Below, piece by piece: positions 61,063-64,000 of a stretch of DNA of 64,000 nucleotides. The notes below the pieces were generated by a model. It was not told where the DNA came from and did not search any database. It was given only the letters and a program-made list of their open reading frames with translations. Position 1 is the first letter of the stretch, and each line of letters begins with the position of its first letter. The position numbers and the translations under genes were made by a program. Source of the DNA: an uncultured delta proteobacterium (lineage in GTDB: Bacteria > Desulfobacterota > Binatia > UBA9968); the NCBI GenBank assembly GCA_963816145.1, contig CAWFJP010000015.1:1-64000 (forward strand). Reading direction: 5' to 3'.

Positions 61063-62082
61063 TTACAAGTTGTAGAGCTTTTTCGCCGACTCGGCGAACA
61101 GCCACTTCTTCGCTTCATCGTTCAAATCCTTGCGCCGGCTTAGATGCTGGATATTCTCCGGGAATTCAGTGTCCCAGTGCGGAAAGTCGGAGGCATAATA
61201 AATATTGCGCTGGGACAATATCTCGGCGGTCGCGCCGATTAACGGTTCATAGTCTTCGGCGTGAAAATAGATGCGCCCATCCTTGAGATACTCGATGGGC
61301 TTTTTCTTGCACATCGGCGCCTCCACTTCGCCGCGGATCTCCCACTCCTCGCTCATGCGGCCGAACCAGTATGGCGCCCAACTGCACCCCGCCTCCATGA
61401 AGGCCACACGCAGTTTCGGGAAGCGGTCAAAGACGCCGCGAAACATCAGACTCGTGCAATGCATCATCTGCGCAAACGAATGCGACAAGGTATGCACTTC
61501 GATGAACTGGTCGAACATATCGCCAGCGAAGTAATGGGGCCCGCGCACGGTGGCGTGGACGCCGACCATGCAATCGAGCTTCTCCGCTTCCTCGTAGATC
61601 GGCCAGTAGCTTTCATGGCCGAGCGGCATTCGCAGCCCAACCGCCGGCAGCATCAAGCCGACCAGTTTCAATTCACTGACCGCTCGGCGCAGCTCTTTAA
61701 CCGCCTCGGGCACGTCTTGAAACGATACCAAGGCGACGCATTTCAAACGCGGGCTAATTTTTTGAAACTCTTCCGAACAGAAATTGTTCCATGCCTGGGA
61801 GTACTGCACCGCGACATCGGGTTCGCGAATCCAGCCGACGCTCAGGCCGTTGGTCGGATAAAGCACCGCCGTCGAAACGCCGCCGCGGTCCATGGCGTCA
61901 AGCCAACTTTTGGCATCGCCGGCGCGGCTGCCGAGTTTGCCGCTGAGCGAACGGTCCCAACTATCTCCCGGCGTCAGCGATGACACGCGCTTGACATATT
62001 TTTCCGGCATGTACTTTTTGAGCTGCGCGTCGCTCTCGGTGATGTGTCCATCAGCATCGATGACTTCGAATTGACTGGCCAT
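61063..62082 (-). CDS. Amidohydrolase_2 family protein
   Basis: IDADGH, YASDFPHWD; ATG after GGAGG. Confidence 0.88.
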   Translation of the reverse strand: MASQFEVIDADGHITESDAQLKKYMPEKYVKRVSSLTPGDSWDRSLSGKLGSRAGDAKSWLDAMDRGGVSTAVLYPTNGLSVGWIREPDVAVQYSQAWNNFCSEEFQKISPRLKCVALVSFQDVPEAVKELRRAVSELKLVGLMLPAVGLRMPLGHESYWPIYEEAEKLDCMVGVHATVRGPHYFAGDMFDQFIEVHTLSHSFAQMMHCTSLMFRGVFDRFPKLRVAFMEAGCSWAPYWFGRMSEEWEIRGEVEAPMCKKKPIEYLKDGRIYFHAEDYEPLIGATAEILSQRNIYYASDFPHWDTEFPENIQHLSRRKDLNDEAKKWLFAESAKKLYNL

Positions 62083-62224
62083 ACTTAATTCCTCCCTCGG
62101 GCTTGATGGTTCGTCGTACGCCTCATCACCTCGCGCTGTCAAGAGAAGCCCAACGCAACCCTTGGATTGCCGGCCGATAAGAATTTTCTTGAGTTGAACG
62201 GCGCATTGATGATACCAAGCGATT

Positions 62225-62599
62225 GTGAAGGAGACCCATAGCCGCCCTCTTCGTCTGTTCCTGACGATAGTCATTTGGCTTTGGGCCGGCGGCTCATCCA
62301 GTCTCGCCCTCGCCACCATCAACGTCTCCTATCCAGGTCCGGCACCGTTTTATATACCGGTCGCGGTGGCGATCCACCAGGGGTTCTTCAGCGAGCAAAA
62401 TTTAGCTGTAGAATTGATCGTCACCCGGGCCGAGGTCGATCGCGCGGCGCTGAGCAGTGGCGATATTGCTCTTACCTTGCGCATCGGTTCGACGATCCTG
62501 TCCGCCGCCCGCGGCCTGCCAATACGGAAGGATGGCACGCTAAAAGACGCGGGGCTCAAATATCGTAATTATTCGATTTCAGCTTGTTGCAGCAGCTAG
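62225..62599 (+). pseudogene. Truncated ABC substrate-binding protein
   Basis: Signal peptide and VAIHQGFFSEQNL...AARGLPIR, after which homology is lost. Confidence 0.65.
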
Positions 62600-62674
62600 T
62601 CAAAGACGGACGCTAATTGTATTGCAAGCTTTTCGCGGTCAAGTCGTCTAAGCTACGATTGGAGCGAGGAATAT

Positions 62675-62959
62675 ATGAAAAAAGCCTGTTACCTGACGCT
62701 GCTCCTCACCTGGACCCTCTGGACCCGGACGATATCGCAGACGTCAGACAATTGGTCCGCCGCACCCGGCTTGGCGTCACAAGACAAATGTCTAGCCAGC
62801 GTTAAAGAAAAGCTCGACATGTGGAAGCAGTTTAAGGATGCCAAGTTCGACAAGAACACCGTCATCTTCACCGACAACAATTCCTCCATGAGCTACGTCT
62901 GCCTCCCCGACGGTGAAGATCCGCGCAAACCGGCGAAAGCGCCGAAGCCGGCGAAGTAG
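62675..62959 (+). CDS. Small secreted hypothetical protein
   Basis: GAGGA RBS; hydrophobic N-terminus; Cys pair, C-terminal CLPDGEDPR. Confidence 0.65.
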   Translation: MKKACYLTLLLTWTLWTRTISQTSDNWSAAPGLASQDKCLASVKEKLDMWKQFKDAKFDKNTVIFTDNNSSMSYVCLPDGEDPRKPAKAPKPAK

Positions 62960-63404
62960 TTTTAGCTTCGTAGAATTAGATGCCGAACAGCTTTAGGGTG
63001 AGAAAAAGTCTAGCAAAATCTCTGTGATCCAATATCCCAGAAAATGATCGATACCGATCAGTAGGATTGCCTACTGACTTGAGCGAAAACGGGCAAGTTG
63101 AAATCGACGCAAAACCTTAGGGTGGAAACGATACGCCCAGCGGTGATTGGCCATGAAGTCGCGCCAGATTTCCGCGCGCAAATTGGCCAATTCCGATTCG
63201 GTTCAAGCGAGATTGTAGCCCGGCAACCAGTTGATGCTGCGCCGTATTCTCCAATAGCCGCATGAGCTCGGAGTTTGTTTTGTCAGAGCCCGATTCGGGC
63301 GATGCCAAATCGTCGCCAGATAATCCCGGATTCCGCAGTAGAGAAATCAAGGGGACTGAGTGTGGGAGGAATCCGGGTTAAACGCAACATGTTAAATAAC
63401 ATTT

Positions 63405-64000
63405 TTACTCTTTGACCCCCGCCTGCCCGCCGAGCGCACGAGCGCACAACGCCGCGCTGACGACCAGTGCGACGATGATGACAGCCACCACCGTGGCTTT
63501 CTCGAACTCCGCGCCAGCGGCGAAGTCAAGCATCAGCAACGACAACGTGCGCGACCTGCCTGACCCGAGCAGCACCACCGTACTGATATCGCGCGCCGCC
63601 GAGATAAACCCGACCAGCGCGACCGTAATCATCGCCGGCATGATCAAGGGCAAAATGACGCGGCGGAAAGTATCGAACCATGTGGCGCCACAAACTTTCG
63701 AAGCTTCTTCCAAATCGGTGCCCAATTGAATTAACACGCTTTTGATCATCTGCGCGCCGAAGGGCATGCTCTTAATGACCATGGCGATCATCAAGATGTA
63801 AATCGTGCCGTAGATCGGCAAAAATATCTTGGTCTGGAGGAACGTCCAGAGCAGCGCCACTCCCAACAGGATTCCCGGCACCGACCAGGGCAGCCAAGAG
63901 AGAAAGTCGAGCAGGCCACGGCCGCTATAACGGGTCTTGACCACGACATAGGCGATCAACGAATAGAAGAACACTCCCACCAACCCGGAACCGAAACCAA
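63405..64000 (-). CDS. ABC transporter permease (FbpB-like), 5'-partial
   Basis: LPWSVPGILLG, DLEEASKVCGA EAA loop. Confidence 0.88.
   Translation of the reverse strand, partial: GFGSGLVGVFFYSLIAYVVVKTRYSGRGLLDFLSWLPWSVPGILLGVALLWTFLQTKIFLPIYGTIYILMIAMVIKSMPFGAQMIKSVLIQLGTDLEEASKVCGATWFDTFRRVILPLIMPAMITVALVGFISAARDISTVVLLGSGRSRTLSLLMLDFAAGAEFEKATVVAVIIVALVVSAALCARALGGQAGVKE

Overview
GC-rich bacterial chromosome segment. Gene content resembles Deltaproteobacteria/Ca. Binatia (many NitT/TauT binding proteins, amidohydrolases, intergenic palindromes); the taxonomy is inference only. Left to right: (1) a giant secreted Rhs/YD protein of >3,600 aa on the minus strand, running off the left edge and absent from the ORF track, whose YD core is interrupted by three 296-aa Gly-rich repeats; (2) a hydrolase and a flavoprotein; (3) a minus-strand cluster of HDO/CADD-like oxidase, cyclase, atypical DapA-like aldolase, small protein and sulfide:quinone oxidoreductase (SQR)-like flavoprotein; (4) a decayed ~4.1-kb integrative element that duplicated the 5' half of tRNA-Arg(CCT) and carries tRNA-Ser and tRNA-Leu remnants; (5) housekeeping genes (moeB, rluB, scpB, scpA, trpS, site-2 protease, frameshifted xerD, glnD, amidase, mutS, MerR regulator); (6) DUF72, beta-propeller, flavin reductase, cupin, persulfide dioxygenase-like, recQ and a Mo-oxidoreductase with a fused Fe-S/NrfD partner; (7) a catabolic cluster with amidohydrolases, a TPP enzyme, a second HDO and five tandem orphan binding proteins. 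Top finding: the SQR-like gene's apparent TGA stop falls at the position of the conserved C-terminal catalytic Cys. It is followed by a SECIS-like hairpin and 53 further in-frame codons encoding the normal SQR C-terminus, making it a candidate selenocysteine-containing SQR.
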